NCBI GenBank assembly: GCA_021513695.1
Contig: CP084166.1
Coordinates: 416,001-480,000 of the forward strand
Direction of reading: 5' to 3'
Length of the DNA: 64,000 nt
Origin: Candidatus Heimdallarchaeum aukensis
Lineage (GTDB): Archaea; Asgardarchaeota; Heimdallarchaeia; Heimdallarchaeales; Heimdallarchaeaceae
Position 1 is the stretch's first letter. Every line of letters begins with the position of its first letter. The position numbers and the translations under genes were made by a program. Below the pieces are notes generated by a model. That model worked only from the letters and a program-made list of their open reading frames with translations. It was not told where the DNA came from and ran no database searches. Below, in pieces: positions 29,703 through 39,540 of the stretch.

Positions 29703-30755
29703 ATGATGAGTAAACAAAAAAACAAAAAAACAAATAACACAGAAGTATACAAGAAAATTTTTCAGACGGCTCAAGATTCAATTTTTTTGCTTAATAAGAA
29801 TAATGTCTTTATAGATTGCAATCCTTATACTTGTGATATGTTTAATTGTGAGAAAGAAGATATTATTGGAACAACCCCAGTTGAATGGTCTCCTGAACTA
29901 CAGTTTGATGAAGTTCCTTCAGAAAAAAAGGCTAAACAATATATAAACAAAGCCTTTTCTGGAACACCTCAACGCTTTGAGTGGATTCACAAAAAAAAGA
30001 CAGGAGAATTATTTTATTGCGAAGTTTCTCTTAATAAGGTTGTAATAGATGGAGAAGATTTTTTACAAGCAATAGTACGTGAGATAACAGAAAAAAAATT
30101 TATTGAAGAAGTTGATTTAATATTCTCAAAAATAATTGACCATGATACCAGAAATATAGCCTTTGCAACTACTTCATACATCAATCTAATTCGAAATAAC
30201 TTTGAAGTAAATGAAAAACTAGATAATTATCTTAAAAGAATAGAAGATAATTTAGAAGAATTAATGAGTATTATAAATAAATTTTCAATTTTACATGAAG
30301 TCATGTATGAAACAAAAAAGCAAGTAATAAACCTTTATGAGACTGTTTGCAAAAGCATTCAACTTTTTGAAGAGAAATTAGGAGAAAAAAAAGTTGTAGT
30401 TGAAAACAAGATTAACAAAAATCACAAAGTAATTGCGGGGAATTTATTGATTGAAGTAATTAACAATTTAATAAGTAATTCCCTTCGGCACGCAAATGCT
30501 AATAAAGTTTTAATAAAAAGCAAAGAAACTCCAGAAAAAATAATTCTTGTTTTTGCAGATGATGGAAAAGGTTTTGACGAAAATTTATTACCTAATTTAT
30601 TTAAAGAAGGAATAAAAGGTCGTGATTCAAAAGGATCTGGTCTCGGTTTATATATTTCTAAAAAAATAATTAATTTATATGAAGGACATATTTCAGCAAG
30701 AAATGCAAGTAAAGGCGGAGCTGAATTTATTATTGAATTAGAAAAAGCAGATTGA
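29703..30755 (+). CDS. Cytoplasmic PAS-domain sensor histidine kinase
   Basis: 350 aa. N-terminal PAS fold, an H-box (HDTRNIAF) and HATPase_c N/G boxes (NNLISNSLRHA, DDGKGFD, GSGLGLYISKKI). Confidence 0.8.
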   Translation: MMSKQKNKKTNNTEVYKKIFQTAQDSIFLLNKNNVFIDCNPYTCDMFNCEKEDIIGTTPVEWSPELQFDEVPSEKKAKQYINKAFSGTPQRFEWIHKKKTGELFYCEVSLNKVVIDGEDFLQAIVREITEKKFIEEVDLIFSKIIDHDTRNIAFATTSYINLIRNNFEVNEKLDNYLKRIEDNLEELMSIINKFSILHEVMYETKKQVINLYETVCKSIQLFEEKLGEKKVVVENKINKNHKVIAGNLLIEVINNLISNSLRHANANKVLIKSKETPEKIILVFADDGKGFDENLLPNLFKEGIKGRDSKGSGLGLYISKKIINLYEGHISARNASKGGAEFIIELEKAD

Positions 30756-30829
30756 TTTAAACAAATTTAAACCCAAAAAATATAATAAAGATAAAAGAAT
30801 AATATTCGCTAACTCACGCAAAAATTCAT

Positions 30830-31693
30830 GTGAAAGATATGAATGATAAAAAAAGATACTTAAGGTTAAAGAATTTAAAAGAATTTGGAGTAGATATTAC
30901 TTGGGAAAATCTTTTTTCAAAAACCGTTTTATTTGCAGGAGTAGGTGGAGTAGGAAGTATTGCTGCTGAAATGTTTGCTCGATGTGGAATAGGAAAAATG
31001 ATTTTGATAGACTTAGATATTGTAGAAGAAGTAAATTTAAACAGACTATTTTATACTCAGGAAAATATAGGAAAGCCAAAAGTAGAAGTAGCAAAAGAAA
31101 TTTTAACAAAAATTAATAGAGACGTGGAAATTGAAACATATCATTCTGATATCTGTGCAATCGATTTTGAAGAAAAATTTGAACAATTGATAAAAGAATC
31201 AGATTTAGTTATTTCTAGTTTAGACAATATACCTGCAAGATTATATATTAATGAAAAATGCGTTCAACTAAGAAAAGAGTATATCGATTCAGGAGCAAGC
31301 AGATCAGGTTTAGGAGGATATGTTCATTTAGTTATTCCATTTAAAACTGCTTGCTATCAATGTACAGGTTCAATAGATTTAGGAGAAAAAAAGCATGGAG
31401 AACCATGTACTGCTTCTTTACCTTCTACAATAGCTATTATAGCTTCACTCACAGTGGAAATTGCACTTAAACATTTGTTAAATTTTGGAGTGATTCCTGA
31501 TTATATCGGTTTTAACGCTTTGACCGACCAGTATATAATACAAAAGATGAATAGAGATCCTTCATGTTATATATGTGGAGAAAGAAAAACGAATCTAAAA
31601 GAGCAGAGGAAATCTTTGCAAGAAATTGATGAATTAACGGAAGGAAAAACTGTAGATGAGTTAATTCAAAATTTGGATTCTCATGAGAAGTAG
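30830..31693 (+). CDS. E1-like ubiquitin/SAMP-activating enzyme (ThiF/MoeB/UBA family)
   Basis: 287 aa. Nucleotide-binding Gly-rich loop AGVGGVGS, a Rossmann fold, and two CxxC pairs (CYQCTG...C, CYICGE). First gene of the Ub-like operon. Confidence 0.8.
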   Translation: MKDMNDKKRYLRLKNLKEFGVDITWENLFSKTVLFAGVGGVGSIAAEMFARCGIGKMILIDLDIVEEVNLNRLFYTQENIGKPKVEVAKEILTKINRDVEIETYHSDICAIDFEEKFEQLIKESDLVISSLDNIPARLYINEKCVQLRKEYIDSGASRSGLGGYVHLVIPFKTACYQCTGSIDLGEKKHGEPCTASLPSTIAIIASLTVEIALKHLLNFGVIPDYIGFNALTDQYIIQKMNRDPSCYICGERKTNLKEQRKSLQEIDELTEGKTVDELIQNLDSHEK

Positions 31694-31706
31694 AACTAAT
31701 TAAAAA

Positions 31707-32765
31707 GTGGTAAGAATGGTTAAAGTTCAAATTTCTAAACATATCTTAAAAGCAATAGAGAAACACGCTATTGAATTTAAAGGAAAAGAAATCTATGGTT
31801 GGTTGTTAGGATACGATAATGGTTCAAATTTGAAAGTTATTGCAAGTGTTCCTTGTAAAATGTACAAAATTCAAAATGAAGTAAGAGCAGAACCATCAAC
31901 AGAAGAAGCTTTTGAAATTGTAAAGAACATTCCTAAAGGAATAGGAATCATAGGTATTTATCATAGTCATCCAAATAAGGTTTATCACAGCGTAACTGAT
32001 GATTTGACAGTAAAACAATATGCTAATGTATATCCTCATTTCTTAAGTATTGTAACAAACGGAAAGGAAACAAAATCATTTCAATTAATAGATAACGATG
32101 TTAAACCAATTGATGTAGGTGAGTTAAAAGAAGAAACTTTAAAGACTCTTACTTTTAAGATACCTTTGAAATATTATTATCCTGAAAATGAGGAATTAAC
32201 GCTAGCTTTCATTTCATCAGAAATAAGAGAATTCTTGGAAAAAGAGTCACAAAACCTAAAACTAATAGCTAATGACAGAGAAATTAAAGATGATGAGAAG
32301 ATAGATTCTTTGACAAAAACAACCATTGAAGTAAAGTTAGAAAGTGCTGAAATTAATTTCAATGAAAAGAAAAAGTATATTTTCTTTAATTTTCATTTTG
32401 ATATGGTTTCTCCACCCAAGAAAACTGTTTCAGATTTAAAACCTCTCTTATTCAATGGCATTAAAGATTCTATGTATTATTACATTAAAAATATAAAATT
32501 AAACAATTCTTTTGAACTACCTTACGAATTTAAATTTGAAATTTCTAATATTCCTTGGAGGTTTAATGTCAAAAAAGACACATGGGATCTAATTCAGTTT
32601 CTTGACATTTTTGCATTTCGAATAAAGTACATGTCATTTAAAAATGAGAAGAAGAGGAACAAAATTCATTCAGAGATAATTAAAATTAAAGAAATTTTAG
32701 AAAAAGACAAATCAGCTTTTGGAAAAATTGATTCGTTATTGGAGGGACTAACGAAAAAGATTTAA
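31707..32765 (+). CDS. JAB1/MPN/JAMM metalloprotease (Rpn11/CSN5-like deubiquitinase) with a long C-terminal extension
   Basis: 352 aa. Conserved Glu in EIYGWLLG, and a JAMM motif HSHPNKVYHSVTD (H-x-H-x6-S-x2-D, one residue shorter than canonical). It starts 13 nt after the E1-like stop. Confidence 0.75.
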   Translation: MVRMVKVQISKHILKAIEKHAIEFKGKEIYGWLLGYDNGSNLKVIASVPCKMYKIQNEVRAEPSTEEAFEIVKNIPKGIGIIGIYHSHPNKVYHSVTDDLTVKQYANVYPHFLSIVTNGKETKSFQLIDNDVKPIDVGELKEETLKTLTFKIPLKYYYPENEELTLAFISSEIREFLEKESQNLKLIANDREIKDDEKIDSLTKTTIEVKLESAEINFNEKKKYIFFNFHFDMVSPPKKTVSDLKPLLFNGIKDSMYYYIKNIKLNNSFELPYEFKFEISNIPWRFNVKKDTWDLIQFLDIFAFRIKYMSFKNEKKRNKIHSEIIKIKEILEKDKSAFGKIDSLLEGLTKKI

Positions 32766-32804
32766 AAAGAAAAAAGCTAGAAGAAGAACAATGGGGACAA
32801 AAAA

Positions 32805-33068
32805 ATGGAGTCTTTAAAGAGATTATATTTTACAACAATAGTAGGAACAGAACATAAACAAATACCATTTGAAACACCAGGAAGTATAGTTTTCCACGAA
32901 TTAATTGTAGAAGTTTCAAAAAAGTTTGGAATAGCTACTGAACAAATTGCGATAAGCAGTGAAATGGGAGAAACTCTAACAGTTTCAGATTTTCAATCCA
33001 CTGTGGACGAAATAATAAGAAAGTATGGAACAGCTTTTCAAGTTATTAATCGAGGAGTAGTAGGATAA
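32805..33068 (+). CDS. Ubiquitin-like beta-grasp protein (Ub/SAMP-like modifier)
   Basis: 87 aa. Secondary-structure-like pattern collinear with ubiquitin (IAISSEMGETLTVSDF ~ QRLIFAGKQLEDGRTLSDY; TAFQVINRGVVG ~ STLHLVLRLRGG). The C-terminus is G-V-V-G, not a canonical GG. Confidence 0.6.
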   Translation: MESLKRLYFTTIVGTEHKQIPFETPGSIVFHELIVEVSKKFGIATEQIAISSEMGETLTVSDFQSTVDEIIRKYGTAFQVINRGVVG

Positions 33069-33079
33069 AGATTTTAGAG

Positions 33080-33661
33080 ATGGGGGTTCCAAAGATTAGC
33101 GACAGCGATACTTCAACAGTAAAAGGAAGATGGAGAGAAACACCTGCAGAAAGAGAACTAGTTAAGTTTCCAGAAGCTCTGATAAATATAACTCCAAAGC
33201 ATCCTAAATGGACAGAAAGAGTGAAAATAGAAATTTTAAATCTAGCAAAATATGTTCAGTTTTTACAAAGAAAAGGCGGGCATAGCTGGTTCTTTCTTAC
33301 ACCTAGTAAAGATCCTAAGTACAACTTTATGAAATGGGAAGGATATTTGCAAGTGGCTACAAGACCAGAAATTAGGTTTAAAATAGTAATTCTTTTACCT
33401 GGAAACTATCCAAAATCTTGCCCTAGGGCTTTCATTGAAGAAAGAGTAGTAGAATTTGCAGGAAAGATTTATACCAAAAATGTCTGGGAAGAGCCAAATG
33501 GAGAAAAATATTTGATGATATGTCATGACCACATGAGTGAAATTGACGATATTTGGGATCCAAGGTTAACAATTGCACACTTTTTCATAAGAGAAGTATT
33601 CTATTGGTGGGCAGCTCAACAGAACCTAATAATTGAACATTACGACAAAGGAAAGAAATAG
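33080..33661 (+). CDS. E2-like ubiquitin-conjugating enzyme (UBC fold)
   Basis: 193 aa. FKIVILLPGNYPKSCPRAFIEE resembles the E2 Y-P-F-K-P-P-K-V-x-F segment. EPNGEKYLMICHDHM resembles the HPN...G.IC active-site region with the catalytic Cys. It starts 11 nt after the Ub-like stop. Confidence 0.6.
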   Translation: MGVPKISDSDTSTVKGRWRETPAERELVKFPEALINITPKHPKWTERVKIEILNLAKYVQFLQRKGGHSWFFLTPSKDPKYNFMKWEGYLQVATRPEIRFKIVILLPGNYPKSCPRAFIEERVVEFAGKIYTKNVWEEPNGEKYLMICHDHMSEIDDIWDPRLTIAHFFIREVFYWWAAQQNLIIEHYDKGKK

Positions 33662-33836
33662 ATTATTTTTAAGCTATTTTTACTTTTTAAATTTAGAAGT
33701 TTATTTTTATTAAATGGTGTTTACTTGAAAAGCAGAAGCAGAAATAAGAAAGAAGTTATGAGACTAAATAAATCAATGTAAAAAAACTGTTAAATTTAAA
33801 CAAAAAATTTAACTATTTTATCGTTTATATAATTTT

Positions 33837-34874
33837 TTGATGAGTAACAATTTAATATTGAATTTTTTAAATTTTCCACCAAATGTTGATTCTTTTACAG
33901 ATTATGAAAGTAAAATTCATAACGAAATTGAAAATCAATTCAATGATACACGTTCATTACTTCTTGTAATCATGAAGAGTTTGGATGTGGAAGACAAAAA
34001 ACGTTTTTTCAAAATTAAGAAATTTCTTGACAAATTAATTAGTGAGTTCAATTCCTTAAAAACTAGAATTTTTTCATTTGAGACAATTGAAGGAAAATTA
34101 TCTTTCAATCATGAAGTTGTTTTAATTTTAGATTTCTTAATTTTTGAACGTTTATTAGACTTCAATACTACTTTAAGAAATATAGAATCGATAGTTCTAC
34201 ATACTTTGGATAAAGATTACATTCAAGCTCAATCTTTTCAACTTCACAAATCTCTACAAAAACTAGAAAATTTAATTAATTTCCGTAAAGTAGCACATCA
34301 ACTTACTCCATCTGATCAATTGTTTCTGCAATTCTCAGAAGATTTCAGTGCTCAACTCTCTTATCTTGAATCAGTAGGCGTAATTCACCAGTTTGATGAA
34401 CTAAGTAAACCTTCTTTATTGGGAAAGAAAGCATATTATGACAAACTTTCTCAATTGTTTATCTCAACTTGCAATTCTCTACAAAAACAAAATAGATTAA
34501 ACATACCTTTTCTTGAATTTGTAGATGTTTTTCAAAAGAGATATCCAAATGTTGAGTTTGCTGTAGAAGATTTGGACAAAATTGCTTCAAGACTTTCAAA
34601 GACTGGGATGATTTCTGTAGTTACTAATACAGAGCAATCAAAGAAAATTATTATTGGCGAAGACATTGCTTTACAGCAAGAAATACTCAAATTAGCCAAA
34701 GGAAAAGGATACATTACACAAGAAGAATTGATTAGTTCTTTAGGTAAAAGTATAACGGAGATACAATTAACTATCAAGAAACTTGAAGATGCAGGACTAG
34801 CTATCGAAGACGATGACTATGCTTCAGGAAAGAGGATCTATTTTCCAGGTTTAGAAACAGAAATAAAAAGTTAG
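33837..34874 (+). CDS. Hypothetical protein with a C-terminal winged-helix domain. Candidate ESCRT-II (EAP30/Vps22-like) component, by Asgard synteny only.
   Basis: 345 aa. The C-terminal ITQEELISSLGKSITEIQLTIKKLEDAGLAIEDD looks like a winged helix. Its position directly after the Ub operon mirrors Asgard Ub-ESCRT clusters. No motif-level proof. Confidence 0.3.
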   Translation: MMSNNLILNFLNFPPNVDSFTDYESKIHNEIENQFNDTRSLLLVIMKSLDVEDKKRFFKIKKFLDKLISEFNSLKTRIFSFETIEGKLSFNHEVVLILDFLIFERLLDFNTTLRNIESIVLHTLDKDYIQAQSFQLHKSLQKLENLINFRKVAHQLTPSDQLFLQFSEDFSAQLSYLESVGVIHQFDELSKPSLLGKKAYYDKLSQLFISTCNSLQKQNRLNIPFLEFVDVFQKRYPNVEFAVEDLDKIASRLSKTGMISVVTNTEQSKKIIIGEDIALQQEILKLAKGKGYITQEELISSLGKSITEIQLTIKKLEDAGLAIEDDDYASGKRIYFPGLETEIKS

Positions 34875-34883
34875 GGTGAAAAA

Positions 34884-35531
34884 ATGTCATATATTGTAAA
34901 ATTGGGATTAGATGAAAAACAAGAAAATAATGTAACTAAAAGTGAACTTTCAGATGAACTTGTTGCATGGGTTTTTCCCTACGCTTTAGAAAAATGGGAA
35001 AAAATTAATTTAAAGAAAAGAAGGCAAATTTTGGTTAAACTCAATGAAAAAGCTCTCGTTTATAACAAAGAAAACTTCATTCAAGAGCTTTCAAGTGGCT
35101 TATACAAAGTTAATAGAAAAGAAGGTCTTGAAGATCACAAAATTGTTTTCTTAGAAAAAAACCTTATTACTCTTAAATGGGGCATCACTCAAATGCAAGG
35201 AGTTTTAACAAGTGACAATATAAAAGTTGGAGCTTCTGGAACAGTTTCTCTAACTTTATCAGGTGCAGAAGTATTTGTTTTAAACGTTCTGAAAAATAAA
35301 ACAAGTTTTTCAAAGAAAGAACTCCGCCCCATAATAAATAATATCGTCAAAAGTGCATTAAGAGAAGTTTTTCCACAGTATTCTATTGAAGAATTACAAA
35401 AATTAAGTAAAGACGAATTACTTATGTTCTTTGAACCAATAATTGTAGAAGAATTGCAAAAAATAGGTTTTAGTAGCCAAGATATATCATTGGGTGCATT
35501 GGGAATTCCTCCGGAGTATAGGATTTTCTAA
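34884..35531 (+). CDS. Hypothetical protein. Candidate Vps25-like winged-helix protein, by synteny only.
   Basis: 215 aa. It starts 9 nt after the previous gene. The size fits Vps25. Confidence 0.25.
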   Translation: MSYIVKLGLDEKQENNVTKSELSDELVAWVFPYALEKWEKINLKKRRQILVKLNEKALVYNKENFIQELSSGLYKVNRKEGLEDHKIVFLEKNLITLKWGITQMQGVLTSDNIKVGASGTVSLTLSGAEVFVLNVLKNKTSFSKKELRPIINNIVKSALREVFPQYSIEELQKLSKDELLMFFEPIIVEELQKIGFSSQDISLGALGIPPEYRIF

Positions 35532-35647
35532 AAAAAAGATAAAAAAGGCTTTTTAGGGTGAATAACAAGAGAAAAAAATAAACTGCCCTAATAAAGCCTT
35601 AAACAACCATTTTTGCGCTTCTCTCCGTAATACAACATGTTTTTATT

Positions 35648-36514
35648 TTGAAAAAATATTCTTGTTTCATGTCATTAGAATACAGTTGTATACTTCCACA
35701 TGGTTTTAATCTTATACCAGATCTTAATCCAGAACAAGATGAAAAATCAGCTAAACTCGCTTTAGAAATTTCTTCTATTGCTGAACAAATAGTTAACAAA
35801 GACCCTGAAGTAATAATTATTGCGTCTCCTCATAATCTGCGAATAAGCGAAAATATAGGCATTGTTACTACAGAATGGTTGAAGGGCTCTTATATAGAAA
35901 AAGATACAGAAAAAAGTGCAGAAATGGAATGGAAGTGTGACAGAAAACATGCTTCTAAACTCTACATTAGGGCAAAAAATGAAGGTTTACCTGTAGTTGC
36001 TGTTAATTTTGGAACAAGTGAGGGCCCATTATCGAGTATACCTTTAGATTGGGGAACATTTATTCCTCTTTACTTCATCAAAAAAGCTTACGAGAAAAGT
36101 AAGAAAACAATTCCTCAGGTAGTTCTAATCACCCCTAGCAGAGACATAGATTGGAAGCATTTAGTGAAATTAGGAGAGTTAATATATCTATTGAGCATTG
36201 AGGAAAATAAGAAAACAGTTTTCATAGCAAGTGCTGATCAAGCTCATGCACATGATGCAAATGGTCCTTACGGATTTGATCCTGCAGCAAAAAGTTTTGA
36301 CGACTTGATTTGCAAAATGATTACTTCAAACTCGTTAAATGATTTATTAGGAATAGATCAAGGATTAATTGAACACTCAAAACCAGATAGTCTGTGGCAG
36401 ATACTTATTCTTGCAGGAATAGCTGTTAAAGCAAACATGGTCAACAAGTCTTGTGTCTATGAGTGTCCAACTTACTATGGAATGATTGCTGCCTCATTTG
36501 AAAGAAAAATATAA
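35648..36514 (+). CDS. LigB/DODA-family (class III extradiol dioxygenase-like) protein
   Basis: 288 aa. Conserved His-containing segments ILPHGFNL, IIIASPHN and ADQAHAHDANGPYGFD resemble LigB-family metal ligands. Confidence 0.4.
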   Translation: MKKYSCFMSLEYSCILPHGFNLIPDLNPEQDEKSAKLALEISSIAEQIVNKDPEVIIIASPHNLRISENIGIVTTEWLKGSYIEKDTEKSAEMEWKCDRKHASKLYIRAKNEGLPVVAVNFGTSEGPLSSIPLDWGTFIPLYFIKKAYEKSKKTIPQVVLITPSRDIDWKHLVKLGELIYLLSIEENKKTVFIASADQAHAHDANGPYGFDPAAKSFDDLICKMITSNSLNDLLGIDQGLIEHSKPDSLWQILILAGIAVKANMVNKSCVYECPTYYGMIAASFERKI

Positions 36515-36545
36515 AAAAAACTGCTCGTTCATTGAATAGAATATT

Positions 36546-37571
36546 ATGCACAACAAAGAAAAAAGAAAACAATTATTCCTTTTTATTTTTGCCTTAATAA
36601 TCAGCATAACACTCGCAATAGTGCTTACTCTAGTAGAAAAACAAGTTTCAGTTCCTAAAATGATTATTTTTGGTTTTTCCTCTTTTTTAAATATCATAAC
36701 AATTTGTATCTTTACTTTTCCTTACATTAACAAAATAGTTATAGAGTATCTAAAAGGAAGAAAAATATACTATCTTTTCTTATTAGTAGTAATTATCAAT
36801 CCATTGTTAAATTGGATATTTATTGATTCACTAAATGGATTTATAGTTGCTTTTCTATCTTATTTAGCTTGGATAGCTTTACCTGTTATAGCTTTTATGC
36901 AAGCATATGTAATTGATAAAATCAAGTTTAAATCATTACTACTTGTGGCAGGAATATTAATTTTAGCATATGGTTTTGATTCAAGACTTATGTATTCTGT
37001 TCTTTCCGGTTTTGATGAAGGAAAATACAGTTTTAGCTCATTATGGGTAAGCGCAATAATTCTTACAATATACTCTATTCAGTTAGAAAAAGCAGAAATA
37101 AGATTAAGGTGGACACTAAATTTAAAGAAGCTAATATTATCTCTCGGTTCTTTAGTCGTATTGTTTGCTGTTATAGTTCCTTTAGGCTTATATACTGAAT
37201 TTCTAGTCTGGTCTCCTGATTGGCCAGGATTTGCATTATTTATCCTTGCATTTATAGGTATATGGTTTACAATTGCTCTTCCAGAAGAACTAATAGCTCG
37301 CTCAATAATCCAATATCAATTATCAGAGAAAACTGTTCCTAAAAGTAGTAAATATTACAAATATCACAAATGGATTATATTGGTAGTAGCGTCCTTTATC
37401 TTCGGATTAAGTCACCACAACAACACAAGTGCAGAATTCGCTTGGATTTACATAGGCTTTGCTACTTTTGCAGGAATTTTATATGGTATATGTTGGAGAT
37501 ATGGTAATTTAGCTACAGCAATGTTAACACATACTCTAGTAGACTGGATTTGGCAACTGTTATTTAGATAG
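36546..37571 (+). CDS. CPBP-family (CAAX/Abi-type) intramembrane metalloprotease
   Basis: 341 aa, polytopic. Motif 1 EELIARSIIQ (EExxxR), motif 2 FGLSHHNN (FxxxH), motif 3 HTLVDW (HxxxD). Confidence 0.7.
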   Translation: MHNKEKRKQLFLFIFALIISITLAIVLTLVEKQVSVPKMIIFGFSSFLNIITICIFTFPYINKIVIEYLKGRKIYYLFLLVVIINPLLNWIFIDSLNGFIVAFLSYLAWIALPVIAFMQAYVIDKIKFKSLLLVAGILILAYGFDSRLMYSVLSGFDEGKYSFSSLWVSAIILTIYSIQLEKAEIRLRWTLNLKKLILSLGSLVVLFAVIVPLGLYTEFLVWSPDWPGFALFILAFIGIWFTIALPEELIARSIIQYQLSEKTVPKSSKYYKYHKWIILVVASFIFGLSHHNNTSAEFAWIYIGFATFAGILYGICWRYGNLATAMLTHTLVDWIWQLLFR

Positions 37572-37573
37572 AT

Positions 37574-38716
37574 TTACATCCTTTCTACTTCTTCTAAATA
37601 ATCAAAAAATTGAACTTTTTCTGATGTCTCAGAATCTTGCATTCTTTTTATTAATCTCTTTTTTGCAACCTCAATTGCTTTTTTTGAGTTATCTATACCT
37701 ATCCATCTTCTATCTAGTTCTTGAGCAGCAAGTAGAGTTGTGCCAGAACCGCAAAAACAATCAAGAACAATGCTATCTTTGTTAGAAGAAATAGCAATTA
37801 GAAGTTTTAACAATTCAATGTTTTTTTCTGTAGGGTAGCTGGGATATTGAGGATCTTTAAACTCTAGAATGTCTTGATATTTCATTCCTTTTTTCTCATC
37901 TGCATAAATTTTCTTCCTAGGAACACCTGTTTTTGACCATTCAATTAGTCCTTCTTTATCTAGTTTTTCTAGTTCTTCAGGAGAACTTCGCCAGTGTCGT
38001 CCTTTAGGCGGTAAAATTCCTTTCCACTCTTTTCCTGTCAAACCATTTTTTGTTTCTCCAGGAGCATGAAGAGGAATGGTGGTATATCTTCTTCCATCGC
38101 TATCAATTTTTTTGAAAAGACGATTAATGTCTTCTTCAGTAAAAGGTTTTTTTTGTTCATTCCAAATATAATCTTTAGTCTTTGAATAGAATAATATCAT
38201 GTCTTTAATATTACCAAAAGCTTTTCGATGAAAATTTTTGGGATTACACTTTATTCTTGACAAATCATTGATAAAATTCTCTTCTCCAAATATTTCGTCC
38301 ATTATGATTTTAACATAGTGACCTATTTTGTAGTCAGTATGGACATAGATAGAAGCTTGTTTTGACATTAATTCTCTTATTAAAACCAATCTTTCTCTAA
38401 GAAATTCAAGAAATTCATACCCCGTTACAATATCAGAAAAAGCTACATTCGAAGACAAACTGTTGCTAATTGTGTTAGCCCTATCTTCTGAAATTCTAAA
38501 AACCTTATTTGTAGAAAAAGGAGGATCTATATAGACCAAATCTATTTTTTCTTTATATTTTTCAGATTCTAGTAAATGTTTCATAACTCTCAAATTATCT
38601 CCAAAAATGAGTTTAGAACTAGTATTATTACTTCCGTTTATTGACTTTAATTCAATTTGAGGAATTGACTTGAATATCTCCTCTTTTGTCTTCTTGTTAG
38701 GATATTCTAAATACAT
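37574..38716 (-). CDS. Beta-class DNA methyltransferase (N6-adenine or N4-cytosine), apparently orphan
   Basis: 380 aa. Motif IV (DLVYIDPPFS) precedes motif I (VLDCFCGSGTT) plus the IGIDNSKKAIEVAKKRL helix. No nuclease-like neighbour. Confidence 0.85.
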   Translation of the reverse strand: MYLEYPNKKTKEEIFKSIPQIELKSINGSNNTSSKLIFGDNLRVMKHLLESEKYKEKIDLVYIDPPFSTNKVFRISEDRANTISNSLSSNVAFSDIVTGYEFLEFLRERLVLIRELMSKQASIYVHTDYKIGHYVKIIMDEIFGEENFINDLSRIKCNPKNFHRKAFGNIKDMILFYSKTKDYIWNEQKKPFTEEDINRLFKKIDSDGRRYTTIPLHAPGETKNGLTGKEWKGILPPKGRHWRSSPEELEKLDKEGLIEWSKTGVPRKKIYADEKKGMKYQDILEFKDPQYPSYPTEKNIELLKLLIAISSNKDSIVLDCFCGSGTTLLAAQELDRRWIGIDNSKKAIEVAKKRLIKRMQDSETSEKVQFFDYLEEVERM

Positions 38717-38836
38717 CGGTTAAACCATGTAAACCTTATAATTAATTATTAAAATCATTTACTCTTGCTGTTATTTGAGTTTTATTAAAATTCTTTATTT
38801 AACAAAGTTTTAATAGAAGAGCATTAAGAGCACACC

Positions 38837-39526
38837 ATGATTGATGGTCTTCTATCATTAATATTCTTTGCAATCGAATTTGCAATATTAATATCTGTAG
38901 TGCTTTTAAATAGAGATCATCCTTTCTTTTGGACTATTATCTCTCTGTTAGCACTACTTCAACTATATCAGCTATCTGAATTCCTAATTTGTAGTGGAAT
39001 TGCACCTGCAATATTTATCCGAATTGCGTATGTAATAATAACTTTCCTTCCTCCCACAGGATATTTTCTTTCATCTCAAATTTCAGGGTGGAAAAATCAA
39101 AGCAATATACTGGGTAAAGATTACATACTAGGATTTATTTTAGGAACAGGTTTCGCTATCTATTATTTGGTAGATACAGCTTCTGTAACACTTTTGGATT
39201 GTAATCCTTTTTTTGCAACTTATGACAGCAAGTTCTCTTTAGCTTATGGTATATTTTATTATGGTTACATAATGTTTGCAATTGCACTACTGTTCTATTC
39301 AATTGGTTTTGGAGTTTATAAAGAGGAAAATTATCCTAAAAAGAAATATGCTATTCTCATGCTAATCGGTTATCTATCTTTTCTAGTACCAATGCACTTG
39401 ATGACATTGATTGATGTAAGTTGGCTTAATGTTGTTCCTTCAGTAATGTGCAAATACGCTATTCTACTCGCTATAACTTTGGGAATATTCAGTTTTATAA
39501 AAAAGTCAAAAACTAAAACTGAATAA
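38837..39526 (+). CDS. Hypothetical polytopic membrane protein
   Basis: 229 aa with six to seven hydrophobic helices. Confidence 0.4.
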   Translation: MIDGLLSLIFFAIEFAILISVVLLNRDHPFFWTIISLLALLQLYQLSEFLICSGIAPAIFIRIAYVIITFLPPTGYFLSSQISGWKNQSNILGKDYILGFILGTGFAIYYLVDTASVTLLDCNPFFATYDSKFSLAYGIFYYGYIMFAIALLFYSIGFGVYKEENYPKKKYAILMLIGYLSFLVPMHLMTLIDVSWLNVVPSVMCKYAILLAITLGIFSFIKKSKTKTE

Positions 39527-39540
39527 CTCTTTTTTACTTT

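Noticed and set aside
29530-29781. 83-aa ORF abutting the start of 28753..29529
   Set aside because: The translation is low-complexity AT-codon junk (F/I/L/Y/K). It is separated from the downstream gene by a stop, and it overlaps the 5' end and promoter region of the histidine kinase gene on the other strand.
32805-33068. Doubt over the ubiquitin-like call because the C-terminus is G-V-V-G rather than GG
   Set aside because: The doubt is rejected and the call is kept at moderate confidence. The whole-length beta-grasp collinearity with ubiquitin, and the E1/JAMM/E2 neighbours, outweigh the non-canonical tail.
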